From: Candidatus Micrarchaeia archaeon
Lineage (GTDB): Archaea; Micrarchaeota; Micrarchaeia; Burarchaeales; Fermentimicrarchaeaceae
DNA length: 64,000 bases
NCBI GenBank assembly: GCA_038871515.1
Contig: JAVZHX010000001.1
Coordinates: 1 to 64,000 of the forward strand
Reading direction: 5' to 3'
Below, one piece after another: positions 56,108 through 64,000 of the stretch. A program made the translations under genes and the position numbers. Position 1 is the first letter of the stretch; every line of letters starts with the position of its first letter. Under the pieces are notes generated by a model. The model searched no databases. It saw only the letters and a list, made by a program, of their open reading frames with translations, and was not told where the DNA came from.

Positions 56108-57019
56108 ATGTATGACGTATTGATTGTTGGTGGTGGGCCTGCGGGTTTGACTGCGGGTATATTCGCTGCAAAAAGAAAGCTCAGCGCAGTTGTTTTGAAT
56201 GATGGGGAGTTTGGAGGGCAGCTCATCACTGCTTTCTGGATAGAGAACTACCCAGGCATGGGGAGGATAGAGGGAAAGGAGCTTGCAAAAAAACTTGTGG
56301 AGCATGCGAGGGAAGCAGGAGTTGTTATGAAAAAAGAGGAAGTTAAAATGATTGAGAAAAGGAATAATGGTTTTGTTGTGAAAACAGAGGATGGAGAGTA
56401 TGAAGCAAAAGCAGTTATAATTGCAACTGGAGCGAAGTGCAGAAGTATTGGAGTGTGTGGGGAGAATGAGTATTTAGGGAAGGGAGTTTCTTTCTCAGCA
56501 AGCTGTGACGGGGAGAGTTTCAGAGGAAAAAAGGTTGCGGTTATAGGAGGGGGGGATTCTGCGCTGAAAGCTGCTTTACATTTAAGCGGAATAGCTTCAG
56601 AAGTTTACCTAATTCACAGGAGGGAGGAGTTCAGGGCAGAGGAGGGGTTGCAGGCAGAACTTAGAAGAAGCAGTGTGAAACTTCTGCTGAATAAAGCTCC
56701 AAAGGAGTTTAAAGGCGATGTTTGTTTGAGAAGTGTTGTTATTGAGGATGCGAACACCCACGAGGTAAGTGAGTTGAGTGTTGATGGTGTTTTTGTTTAC
56801 GTTGGGAGCACCCCTGCCTCATCGCTGGCTGCAAAGCTTGGAGTTGAGGTGGATGAGAGAGGCTTCATAAAAGTTGATAGAAATCAGAAAACAAATATAC
56901 CTGGTGTTTTTGCAGCGGGGGATATAACTGGTGGTATCCTACAGGTGATTGGAGCGTGCGGGGAGGGAGCAGTTGCAGCAACAAGGGTATATGAATACAT
57001 AAGAAGCAGAGCACAGTAA
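56108..57019 (+). CDS. Thioredoxin reductase-like flavoprotein (SxxC active site)
   Basis: GGGPAG, ENYPG, IIATGA, VSFSASCDG, GGGDSA, HRR, FAAGD. Confidence 0.9.
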   Translation: MYDVLIVGGGPAGLTAGIFAAKRKLSAVVLNDGEFGGQLITAFWIENYPGMGRIEGKELAKKLVEHAREAGVVMKKEEVKMIEKRNNGFVVKTEDGEYEAKAVIIATGAKCRSIGVCGENEYLGKGVSFSASCDGESFRGKKVAVIGGGDSALKAALHLSGIASEVYLIHRREEFRAEEGLQAELRRSSVKLLLNKAPKEFKGDVCLRSVVIEDANTHEVSELSVDGVFVYVGSTPASSLAAKLGVEVDERGFIKVDRNQKTNIPGVFAAGDITGGILQVIGACGEGAVAATRVYEYIRSRAQ

Positions 57020-57060
57020 GATTAATATACGGTTGATAATAATTACTTTTGGGTGATAGG

Positions 57061-57333
57061 ATGCCGGAACCCTCGTATAGACTGCTGTTGTGGGATATAA
57101 GTTCGTACTGGATGCACATACTTTTTGTGCTGTTTCCAGTTGCAACCACGTTGTATGTTATGGCGCTTGCCAACCCGTTTGCACTGCTAAGGCCTGGCGC
57201 AGTTGGGGATGTGGACATATCAAGGGCAACTCTCTGGACGCTCATCTCAATAAACGTCTCCCTTGTGTTCATACTTGTGGAGCTGACGACGATATACTTG
57301 CTCTGGTTTAGCGAAAAACGAAAGAGAAGGTAG
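57061..57333 (+). CDS. Small two-TM membrane protein
   Basis: Two hydrophobic helices and a basic tail; GGGTGA RBS. Confidence 0.55.
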   Translation: MPEPSYRLLLWDISSYWMHILFVLFPVATTLYVMALANPFALLRPGAVGDVDISRATLWTLISINVSLVFILVELTTIYLLWFSEKRKRR

Positions 57334-57340
57334 CTGAGTT

Positions 57341-57997
57341 ATGCGAAGGAGAACATACCTTGATTTGCTTATTCTACTGCTTCAGAGTGGAGGGGGAGAT
57401 AAAGTTTTTGCGACAACAGGAGATATAGCAAGGGAGCTTGGAATATCACAACAAAGCGCTTCACGGTGGATAATACAGCTTGAGAGGGAAGGGTTTTTGA
57501 GAAGGGGGCATTCGACAATTTCTTTAACAGAGAAAGCGCTTGAGGAGCTTAGGAAGTTGTACTGCGTGCTGAAGGGCTCGTTTGAGGAGGAGCTTCCTAT
57601 AAGAATTTCTGGGTATGTGGTTTCGGGTTTGAAGGATGGGCAGTATTACCTTTCCCTCCCTCGTTATGTGAGGCAGTTTGAAAAGAAGCTTGGCTTCTCA
57701 CCTTTCCCAGGTACTTTGAATGTGGTTATTGATGAAAGGGATAAGAAGCTGATGCTGAGCAGAATGAGAGGGATTATGGTGAATGGGTTCAGCATTGGGA
57801 GGAGGGTGCTGGGAAAGGTGAAGTGCTTCCCAGCGGTTATAAATGATAAGGTGGAGGGAGCGCTTGTGCTTCCTGAGAGGTCTCACTACAACTCGGGAAC
57901 GGTGGAGGTAATTTCTAAGTATAACTTAAGAAAAGTGCTGAAATTGAAGGATGGCAGCAGGGTTAGGATAAAAGTTGTGAAACCTGAAACCTCTTAG
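57341..57997 (+). CDS. ribK: CTP-dependent riboflavin kinase with N-terminal HTH (RbkR-type)
   Basis: HTH SQQSASR; VVSGL.DG.YY, PFPGTLN, PERSHY, LR..L.LKDG. Confidence 0.92.
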   Translation: MRRRTYLDLLILLLQSGGGDKVFATTGDIARELGISQQSASRWIIQLEREGFLRRGHSTISLTEKALEELRKLYCVLKGSFEEELPIRISGYVVSGLKDGQYYLSLPRYVRQFEKKLGFSPFPGTLNVVIDERDKKLMLSRMRGIMVNGFSIGRRVLGKVKCFPAVINDKVEGALVLPERSHYNSGTVEVISKYNLRKVLKLKDGSRVRIKVVKPETS

Positions 57998-58266
57998 GGC
58001 TCGCAGACGAGGGGAGAGATATCTCTGAACCTTCTTAACGCCTCCTTTCCCTTCTCATTTAGCACATAACCTTCGCGCTGTTTGCTCACAAGCATATTCT
58101 CCTCGGCAAACCTCAAGCACTCCAGAACTTCCTTTTTATTTATCTTGGTAATTTTCGTTATCTCAGGTAAAACCTGTGGTTGCTCCTCTATGGATTCCAT
58201 TACCGCAAGGCATGTGCTGCATGCGAACTTCTTCAACAACCCAAACTCCTCCTTCTCACCACTCAT
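57994..58266 (-). CDS. Small winged-helix protein
   Basis: wHTH pattern ending YVLNEKGKE. Confidence 0.7.
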   Translation of the reverse strand: MSGEKEEFGLLKKFACSTCLAVMESIEEQPQVLPEITKITKINKKEVLECLRFAEENMLVSKQREGYVLNEKGKEALRRFRDISPLVCEP

Positions 58267-58445
58267 GTATATTTTTCTGTTTTTTGTGGTTTATAAATTT
58301 AGTGGAAAGTTATACGACAGATGACGAGTGGGGTTATATTTATAAATAAAGTGGTGCATAAGTTAAGCAAACGTAAGGAAGGGTTCTCTGACTGCGTATG
58401 CTGAAGGAAAGCTCTTTCTGACGTTTTAAAGAAGAGGTGTAAAGA

Positions 58446-58673
58446 ATGGAATTTGGAAGAAAAGCTGACTTTGGCCCTAAACCTGTTCAGGTGGGCGATG
58501 AGAGAGATGTGACAATAGAAGCAGTTGCTTCAAAGGGAGATGGAATAGCAAAGGTTGAGGGATTTGTGATTTTTGTCCCCAACACGAAAGTTGGAGAGAA
58601 ACTTAGGGTAAGAATAACTGAAGTGAAAAGAACGTGTGCAATTGCTGAGAAAATAGGGGAAGCAACAGTTTAA
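58446..58673 (+). CDS. Stand-alone TRAM domain protein
   Basis: PVQVG...V.IEAV..KGDGIAKVEGFVIFVP. Confidence 0.93.
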   Translation: MEFGRKADFGPKPVQVGDERDVTIEAVASKGDGIAKVEGFVIFVPNTKVGEKLRVRITEVKRTCAIAEKIGEATV

Positions 58674-58715
58674 ACTGAAATGCTTTTTCTTTTATTTTCC
58701 TCTCTCTAGCGTATG

Positions 58716-59345
58716 CTACATCTCCTTTGTGAGTTTCTCAAGCAGGGAGGAAGGGAGTGTTTTTTTAGAAGCGAGAGCTTTCTCAAAAGCAGCCCTTATT
58801 GCTGGGTATCCTTCAGTTAAACCTCTCCAAGAGCCACTTACTATTCTTCCTTGAGGAGTTTTAATTCCAATTCCAAAGTCCACCCAGTCCTGTAGGTTAG
58901 CATTTCTCTCCAGCAGCATTTTTAGAGAAACCTCTGCTTTTGCGTTGGATGGTTCGTTTGCTCGGACTGATGACCAGTATGCAACGTTCTCAATGTTCTC
59001 TGCTGTTTTCTCTAAATTTATTCTCAACTCAAGCAGTTCATTAAGCCTTTCCCTCATCTCAAAAGAGGAGCTGAGCAACCACTCATCCTCCTTTGGTTTA
59101 ACTCTCTTGAAAAACTTGCTTATTCTTATCACAATTGATTTGAAAGAAATCAGCTCTGGGGGGGATTTTTTCAGCATTTCCTCGCAGCTTTTTATTTTTG
59201 GTTCAATAATATCACGCGAGTAGTTTTTCAACGAGTTGCCAAGCGAGTGAAGTTTTTGGGAGGATGCTTTCCAGAAGTTCACCTCGCATCTCTCCCTTGC
59301 TTTCTTTTCTGCAAGAAGTGGTTCAAAAGTCTCAACTGTTTCCAT
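58716..59345 (-). CDS. Hypothetical helical protein
   Basis: 209-aa ORF filling the gap between genes; no motif recognised. Confidence 0.6.
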   Translation of the reverse strand: METVETFEPLLAEKKARERCEVNFWKASSQKLHSLGNSLKNYSRDIIEPKIKSCEEMLKKSPPELISFKSIVIRISKFFKRVKPKEDEWLLSSSFEMRERLNELLELRINLEKTAENIENVAYWSSVRANEPSNAKAEVSLKMLLERNANLQDWVDFGIGIKTPQGRIVSGSWRGLTEGYPAIRAAFEKALASKKTLPSSLLEKLTKEM

Positions 59346-59379
59346 AAGTGTTATCCTGCAGGGGAGTATAAAAACTCAT

Positions 59380-59766
59380 CTATTTCTCAAGCAGAACTGC
59401 ATTCACAACTCCGTGCTGTCCTGGCCTGCTGGTTACCCTTGCCTTTCCTATTTCTGTTTCTATAACTGCTCCTTTTGTGATTATATTCATTCTCGCATGG
59501 TGCCTGTTATCTGGCGATTCCAAAACTGATTTTATTTTTGCTTTTTTTATTCCTTGGGGAGTTGCAACGTTCGCAAAAGAAGCTCTTTTGAGTTTTATTT
59601 TTTCCCTCCCTCCCCTTGTTCTTTCAACTCGTGCAAGTGGTTTCTCATCTATTTTCGTGCTCGTGAATGCACCGCCAACTTCGTGCAGGCGCTTATCCCT
59701 AAATTTTCTTAGTTTCTTGCCGCTTCCAGTTGTTTTCCTCTTTGGTTTTCCGTGAAATTGCTCCAT
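59380..59766 (-). CDS. rps8e: 30S ribosomal protein S8e
   Basis: RTRGG..K, NIITKGAVIETEIG.A.VTSRPGQHGVVNAVL. Confidence 0.97.
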   Translation of the reverse strand: MEQFHGKPKRKTTGSGKKLRKFRDKRLHEVGGAFTSTKIDEKPLARVERTRGGREKIKLKRASFANVATPQGIKKAKIKSVLESPDNRHHARMNIITKGAVIETEIGKARVTSRPGQHGVVNAVLLEK

Positions 59767-59807
59767 ATGAACACCTTTTTTATACAAGTTTTTTTATTAT
59801 TATTCCT

Positions 59808-60296
59808 ATGGAGTTCAGAGTTATTCCAGCAAGGACGAAGTTCCAGGATGTTGAGGCGCTTCTCTCCAGGATGAGGGAAGTTTCAAAGAGGAGAAAAGCT
59901 GTCATCCAAGCCTTCGACCCGGATATGGTTCTCTCTGAAAACCACCTTATATTTTCCGCTCAGCATGCTTTTAATGCTTTTGCTGAACGGAAAGCAGTTG
60001 CCAAAAAAATTGAGAGCGAGCTGTTGCTGTGGGCGGGTGCTACAAGGAGAATTGAGGAAGCTGTTAAGAGAGTTGGCGTGAAGGATCCGAAAAAGGTTGT
60101 TTTTCTTATTGAAAGAGGGAAGGAAGGGGTGCTGGAGGAGCTGGAAGCGGAAAGGGATGATTCAGTTTTGAAAATGAGCAAGGAGAAGGTGAGCAGAATA
60201 ATTCATACGTTCAAAATAAATGAGAGAGCATGCGAGTGCTATTCGCTGGAGGAGCTTTTACTTGAAAAAATTGCAATGCAGGCGCTTGAAAGGTAG
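59808..60296 (+). CDS. cgi121: KEOPS complex subunit Cgi121
   Basis: Q.FD......HL..SA..A, AK..E.ELLL..GATR.I.EA...GVK, LLEKIA. Confidence 0.88.
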   Translation: MEFRVIPARTKFQDVEALLSRMREVSKRRKAVIQAFDPDMVLSENHLIFSAQHAFNAFAERKAVAKKIESELLLWAGATRRIEEAVKRVGVKDPKKVVFLIERGKEGVLEELEAERDDSVLKMSKEKVSRIIHTFKINERACECYSLEELLLEKIAMQALER

Positions 60297-60977
60297 TTAT
60301 CTGAACTCCTCGCTGAGCACTCTTTTAATCAACTTTGCTTTCTTCTTTCCAATTTTTTCAACTTCCCTCAACTCCTGCTCGCTCGCCTTCATAATGTTCT
60401 CTATTGTTTTGAATTTTTTCAGCAAAGCAACAGCGAGCTTTGGCCCAACTCCCGGTATGGATTCAACAACCATCCTCTGCTGCTCTGCAAGCGTGAGCGC
60501 TTTTTTGTTTCCTTTCAATCTCACAACCACTTCTTTCTCAAGCTGCTCTCTTCTTGCAAGAGCGAAAATCAGCTCAGCAGTTCCCTCCAAATCTCTTGTG
60601 AAGAAAACCTGAATCCCATAATCCAGTATAAGCGCAGAAAGCGCTCCAAGAAGAGCATTTCTGTTCACCCTCTCCTCAAATTCCTCTCCCTCAACTATCA
60701 TAATACATTTCTCAAAGTTGTCAATCATGTTTTCGGCTTGCTTGAAAAGCCTTCCGTCAATTATTGAGCTTTCAAAATCGCTTCTCGTTTTTCTTTCAAC
60801 AACCGCTCTCTCTGAAATTATGAAGTCACCAACAGGGAGAGTTTTTATTTTAACGACTGCTCCAAGCTCCCTCAGAATATCCGCAACAGCGCATCTGCTC
60901 TCCTTCTCATCCACAAATACTTCCACCCAGTTTTTCTTTTCCTTCTCTGAAAATTCAGGCAGAGAGCTCTGCTCCAT
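60297..60977 (-). CDS. XPF/Mus81 (ERCC4) nuclease with HhH2, short form
   Basis: VDEKE, GDF, VERKT..DF..SI.DGRL..Q, IPGVG, IG.KKA. Confidence 0.92.
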   Translation of the reverse strand: MEQSSLPEFSEKEKKNWVEVFVDEKESRCAVADILRELGAVVKIKTLPVGDFIISERAVVERKTRSDFESSIIDGRLFKQAENMIDNFEKCIMIVEGEEFEERVNRNALLGALSALILDYGIQVFFTRDLEGTAELIFALARREQLEKEVVVRLKGNKKALTLAEQQRMVVESIPGVGPKLAVALLKKFKTIENIMKASEQELREVEKIGKKKAKLIKRVLSEEFR

Positions 60978-61009
60978 TCAGTCACCACTTAAAATTAGCA
61001 GATACTTGT

Positions 61010-61351
61010 TTATTTGTGTTCCTTTAACCATCGCTCCATTTCCTTCTTAACAGAATCAAACTTTATTTTCTCTATCGCACCTTTCAGCATGCGCAGTTTA
61101 ACTTCATCCGGCAGTTTTGACTCAGAGCAGAAGCCGAATGCATGCCTGCAGACTGATTCGTGGGGTGTTTCCTTTGCAACTGTGCAGATAAGCGCTGCTT
61201 TCCTCTCATCAACTAAATCCAGCTTCTTAATTCTGTCTATTGCAGCTTTGCATACCTCTGGGTTTTTGTGGGAAATCGCTATCTCAACAAGCTCCTCAGG
61301 GTTGTTTATCAAGTTCAATTTAAGTTTTTCCACAAGCGAGATACCGGGCAT
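61010..61351 (-). CDS. Hypothetical alpha-helical repeat protein
   Basis: TPHESVCRHAF...SKLPDEVK; similar to 437..997. Confidence 0.65.
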   Translation of the reverse strand: MPGISLVEKLKLNLINNPEELVEIAISHKNPEVCKAAIDRIKKLDLVDERKAALICTVAKETPHESVCRHAFGFCSESKLPDEVKLRMLKGAIEKIKFDSVKKEMERWLKEHK

Positions 61352-61404
61352 AACTTCTTTTTTTACAAGCGGAGTTTATTAATTGTATGTATAAAAAATG
61401 AAAG

Positions 61405-62106
61405 TTAAATTGAGCTGCAGAACTCCTCAATTTCTGAGAAGCTTATACTGCAGCCTGCAAACTTCAATCCATAAAGCACAGCTTCTATTGCACGCCTCTC
61501 CATGCTTCCATACTCCCTCAGCAAACCTCGCTCGTATCCCACTATCGCAAGCTCGGTGCTTCTGAAAAGATTTAACCCCTCTGTCGCATCCATAAATCTG
61601 CTCAAGTTTTTCTCATTAACCTGTATTTTTGTGCTGAACTCCGTTTCCATGTGTTTCTTCAGCTCATCAGGCGCTTCCACAAGCATCCTGGTTGTTCTCT
61701 CATCTATCATAATATTTTTAACGCCAAGCTCAACCGCAAGCGCAAGCGTTTCAGTTTCACCTTCGTGTATCAACTTAAGGTTCCTGCCGTTTATTGAGAA
61801 AATGCTGTTCCCAAGAGACAGAAGCTGAGAAGTTGCATTCCTCAGATTTGGAGTTTCAACAACTCGGATTGTTTTTTCAAGCAGAAGCTTCTTCAGCCTT
61901 ATTGCGCCAAGCGTGTGGGATTTCACTTCAAGCGGGTGGTCAACAGCCTCTCGCTCAACTGCTTTTGAAATTATGAAGTAGCCATCAAGAGTTTTGCTAA
62001 GTTCAGAAAGCATCCATAGTAAACACGAGTCGGATAAAGAGATAAGTGAGCTTGAATCGCAGACTATGGAATTCCGCGGTATGCTAGCGGAATATTTTTC
62101 TGACAT
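61405..62106 (-). CDS. PIN-domain protein (DUF3368/COG2405-like)
   Basis: IVCDSSSLI, V.RE, HEGE.E.LALA, IMIDER. Confidence 0.8.
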   Translation of the reverse strand: MSEKYSASIPRNSIVCDSSSLISLSDSCLLWMLSELSKTLDGYFIISKAVEREAVDHPLEVKSHTLGAIRLKKLLLEKTIRVVETPNLRNATSQLLSLGNSIFSINGRNLKLIHEGETETLALAVELGVKNIMIDERTTRMLVEAPDELKKHMETEFSTKIQVNEKNLSRFMDATEGLNLFRSTELAIVGYERGLLREYGSMERRAIEAVLYGLKFAGCSISFSEIEEFCSSI

Positions 62107-62635
62107 TTTTAAGCCTCTCGCTGATTGATTTTGTTTTGCCAACTCTGTCGTGCATGAGAGTTTTACCAGAGTAGCTCAGCACAGCGCTCTCGCTTGTACC
62201 GGTAAGCTCAATCGCGTTACCCAGCGAGAAACCCTGTGCGTATAAGTAGGAGGCGAACTTCAATCTTGCTTTGTTGAAAAGGCTCTGCACATATCTTCTG
62301 TCCTCAGTGTCAAGCGCTTTCAGCTCTTCTGAAATTGAGCTAAGATAAATTTTCATCTCATCTGGCTTGTTCTCCTCAAGTGAAACAACTGCATTGTGTA
62401 AACTTTCCTCAACTTTTTCAATGAACTCCTTCTTCACCCTTTTAATCCAGTAACGTGGTTTCTCAAGAACTTTTGCAAGCACGTATGAAACAATCGCAAT
62501 GTCAAGAAGCTCTTTTTCCCCACCAATTGCAAATGAACTGACGCACCTATCGCTTATCTTCCTCAACTCTGAAAGCTCGTTTGTCATAAGCGCATTCAGC
62601 ATTTCCTTCAATGCTTCTGTCGTGGTGTAACCCAT
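62084..62635 (-). CDS. Helical protein with C-terminal UPF0175-like HTH
   Basis: LYAQGFSLGNAIELTG; overlaps the PIN gene start. Confidence 0.7.
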   Translation of the reverse strand: MGYTTTEALKEMLNALMTNELSELRKISDRCVSSFAIGGEKELLDIAIVSYVLAKVLEKPRYWIKRVKKEFIEKVEESLHNAVVSLEENKPDEMKIYLSSISEELKALDTEDRRYVQSLFNKARLKFASYLYAQGFSLGNAIELTGTSESAVLSYSGKTLMHDRVGKTKSISERLKNVRKIFR

Positions 62636-62734
62636 GTGCTTGATTTAGGTGGATGTGATTTAAATATCTCGCCTCCGCGTTGAATATTTTTTAGTTCAGA
62701 GAAGAAAAATGGAATTTTCCGAGAGAACGAAATA

Positions 62735-62796
62735 TTTATATACCCCCTCATTTCTAATCATGACACAATCATGATTAAAACAAGCATTAGTCATGA
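62735..62796 (+). promoter_or_regulatory. TATA box plus three phased TCATGA palindromes (candidate operator)
   Basis: TTTATATA at 62735-62742; TCATGA at 62758, 62769 and 62791. Confidence 0.6.
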
Positions 62797-62819
62797 TACT
62801 CTCAGGAGGTTGTTGAGGA

Positions 62820-63191
62820 ATGTTCGACGTAAAAGTGGAGGAGGCTGAGAAGAAGAGTGTGGAGACGACGACTGTTGTCAAAAAAATTAAGGAAACAACT
62901 GAGATGGAGCTTCTTAGGGAGATTGTTGGTAGGCTTGAGGCAATAGAGGGCAGGCTGGAGGGAATTGAAAAGGAGCTGAAGAGGGAGATTGATGAGGAGA
63001 TTCTTGGGGATGTTGATGAGAAGATAATTGAGTTTGTTAAGAAAAACGGAAAGGTGTGCGCGGATGATTTGCAGAGAGCGTTCAATTATAAAGGGAAGAA
63101 TGCAGCGAGCGCGCGCTTGAATAAATTATATTCCCAGGGGCTGCTTGAGAAGAAGCAGGCTGGGAGGAGGGTGTATTACTTCGCGAAGTGA
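62820..63191 (+). CDS. Coiled-coil + winged-helix DNA-binding protein
   Basis: Heptads LEAIEGRLEGIEKEL; wHTH ASARLNKLYSQGLLEK..AGRRVYY. Confidence 0.85.
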   Translation: MFDVKVEEAEKKSVETTTVVKKIKETTEMELLREIVGRLEAIEGRLEGIEKELKREIDEEILGDVDEKIIEFVKKNGKVCADDLQRAFNYKGKNAASARLNKLYSQGLLEKKQAGRRVYYFAK

Positions 63192-63252
63192 TGCTGGCAA
63201 GGCGACCATATAACTCTCTTTGTAAGGGGTGGTTCGGCCATAAGTTCACCTC

Positions 63253-63281
63253 CAACATGCGGGGTTTTGCCCCGCATGTTG
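63253..63281. other. Perfect 12-bp GC-rich inverted repeat between convergent genes
   Basis: CAACATGCGGGG-TTTTG-CCCCGCATGTTG. Confidence 0.8.
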
Positions 63282-63358
63282 CCATCACCCCAAAGCTAAT
63301 TCTATGAAATCAGGAAGTGTTCCTAACTTTTATTACATTATGTTTATCACTTTGATTA

Positions 63359-64000
63359 CTACTCGAATACCGCGAGTATTTCTCCCTCTCCAATATCTTT
63401 CATTCCAGTTCTAATTCTCGTGTAATTTATATATAAGGTTCCGTAATACACCGCTCCAATGGTATTATTTTGCAATGGATTTCCATTCTCATCTGTGCAT
63501 TTTATCTCAAGCCAAGGTCTCTCCGGGTCATTTGCTTTTGCTATATACGCAGAAGTACCATTATTTATTGTGATGCTATACCCTCCATAAGACACATTCC
63601 ACGCATATCCACTCTTTCTACATGCGACACCGTTTATTTGTATGGGTTCGCCTATTTTCTGATTAATCTCAAGATCTAGACTGCCAGTTGCCGCATACAA
63701 TTTCTTTGTTATGCATTCCATTCCTGAGGGCAGGAGAAGTGTTTCTGAAAAGTGGTCCGTAAACTTCCCAACTGCAATTTTTGTTTCTCCAGTCTCGTTA
63801 ATAGTATAATTTACAAAAATCCATCCTACATAAATGTTATCAGTGCTGGTATTTTTAGGTACGTTCCCAGCAACATCAGTGCACCTCACTGCATGAGAAG
63901 TGCCAGGAAGGGATACCTCAGGAAGGAATGATGTAAATCTATATTTTGGGATTAGGATTACCGGGTCATCTGCATAGTTGTTTATGTAAGATGGTTGCGT
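63359..64000 (-). CDS. Secreted protein with tandem pilin-like globular domains (5' truncated by window)
   Basis: Frame is open to base 64000; two repeats of CTD..GN...Y.G.(I/L)(F/Y)(V/I)NYT...TG...I..G. Confidence 0.7.
   Translation of the reverse strand, partial: TQPSYINNYADDPVILIPKYRFTSFLPEVSLPGTSHAVRCTDVAGNVPKNTSTDNIYVGWIFVNYTINETGETKIAVGKFTDHFSETLLLPSGMECITKKLYAATGSLDLEINQKIGEPIQINGVACRKSGYAWNVSYGGYSITINNGTSAYIAKANDPERPWLEIKCTDENGNPLQNNTIGAVYYGTLYINYTRIRTGMKDIGEGEILAVFE

Noticed and set aside
56495..56497. Selenocysteine recoding in the TrxR-like gene
   Set aside because: The codon is TCA (Ser), not TGA.
63192..63358. Self-cleaving ribozyme or DGR target hairpin
   Set aside because: Could not fit hammerhead or HDV cores; no template repeat or reverse transcriptase in the window.

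Overview
64-kb archaeal chromosomal segment. The archaeal markers are TFB, rpS8e, Cgi121, archease, CTP-dependent riboflavin kinase, class V FBP aldolase/phosphatase, an A1-U72 tRNA-Gln, TATA/BRE promoters and GGAGGTGA ribosome-binding sites. The pilin types, the wHTH-fused pilus ATPase and a non-canonical tRNA intron suggest a DPANN lineage, probably Micrarchaeota-like; this is inference and needs a phylogeny. The window is mostly housekeeping genes. It also carries the 3' end of an IS6-family element, four tRNA genes, a type IV pilus locus (five class III signal-peptide genes, a 1158-aa adhesin-like protein, ATPase, two TadC-like proteins) bracketed by KaiC-like genes, four ABC transporter modules, and a Cys-rich surface/secreted repertoire. 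Most notable: (1) tRNA-Ile(GAU) with a 26-nt intron at position 13/14 and a relaxed bulge-helix-bulge motif; (2) a tRNA-linked islet of orphan modifying enzymes (SelO-like pseudokinase, Pol-beta nucleotidyltransferase, GNAT, possible TIR/amidase-like fold); (3) a K+-channel homolog with a degenerate filter, plus a separately encoded RCK subunit sharing 64 identical bp, divergent from a SERCA-like pump; (4) an ABC permease with a ~102-aa Ig-like insertion and no adjacent binding-protein gene; (5) an orphan CrtYc/Yd-like lycopene cyclase pair; (6) phased TCATGA palindromes over a wHTH promoter. No CRISPR array or rRNA was seen. All product calls come from motif recognition by eye; no searches were run.
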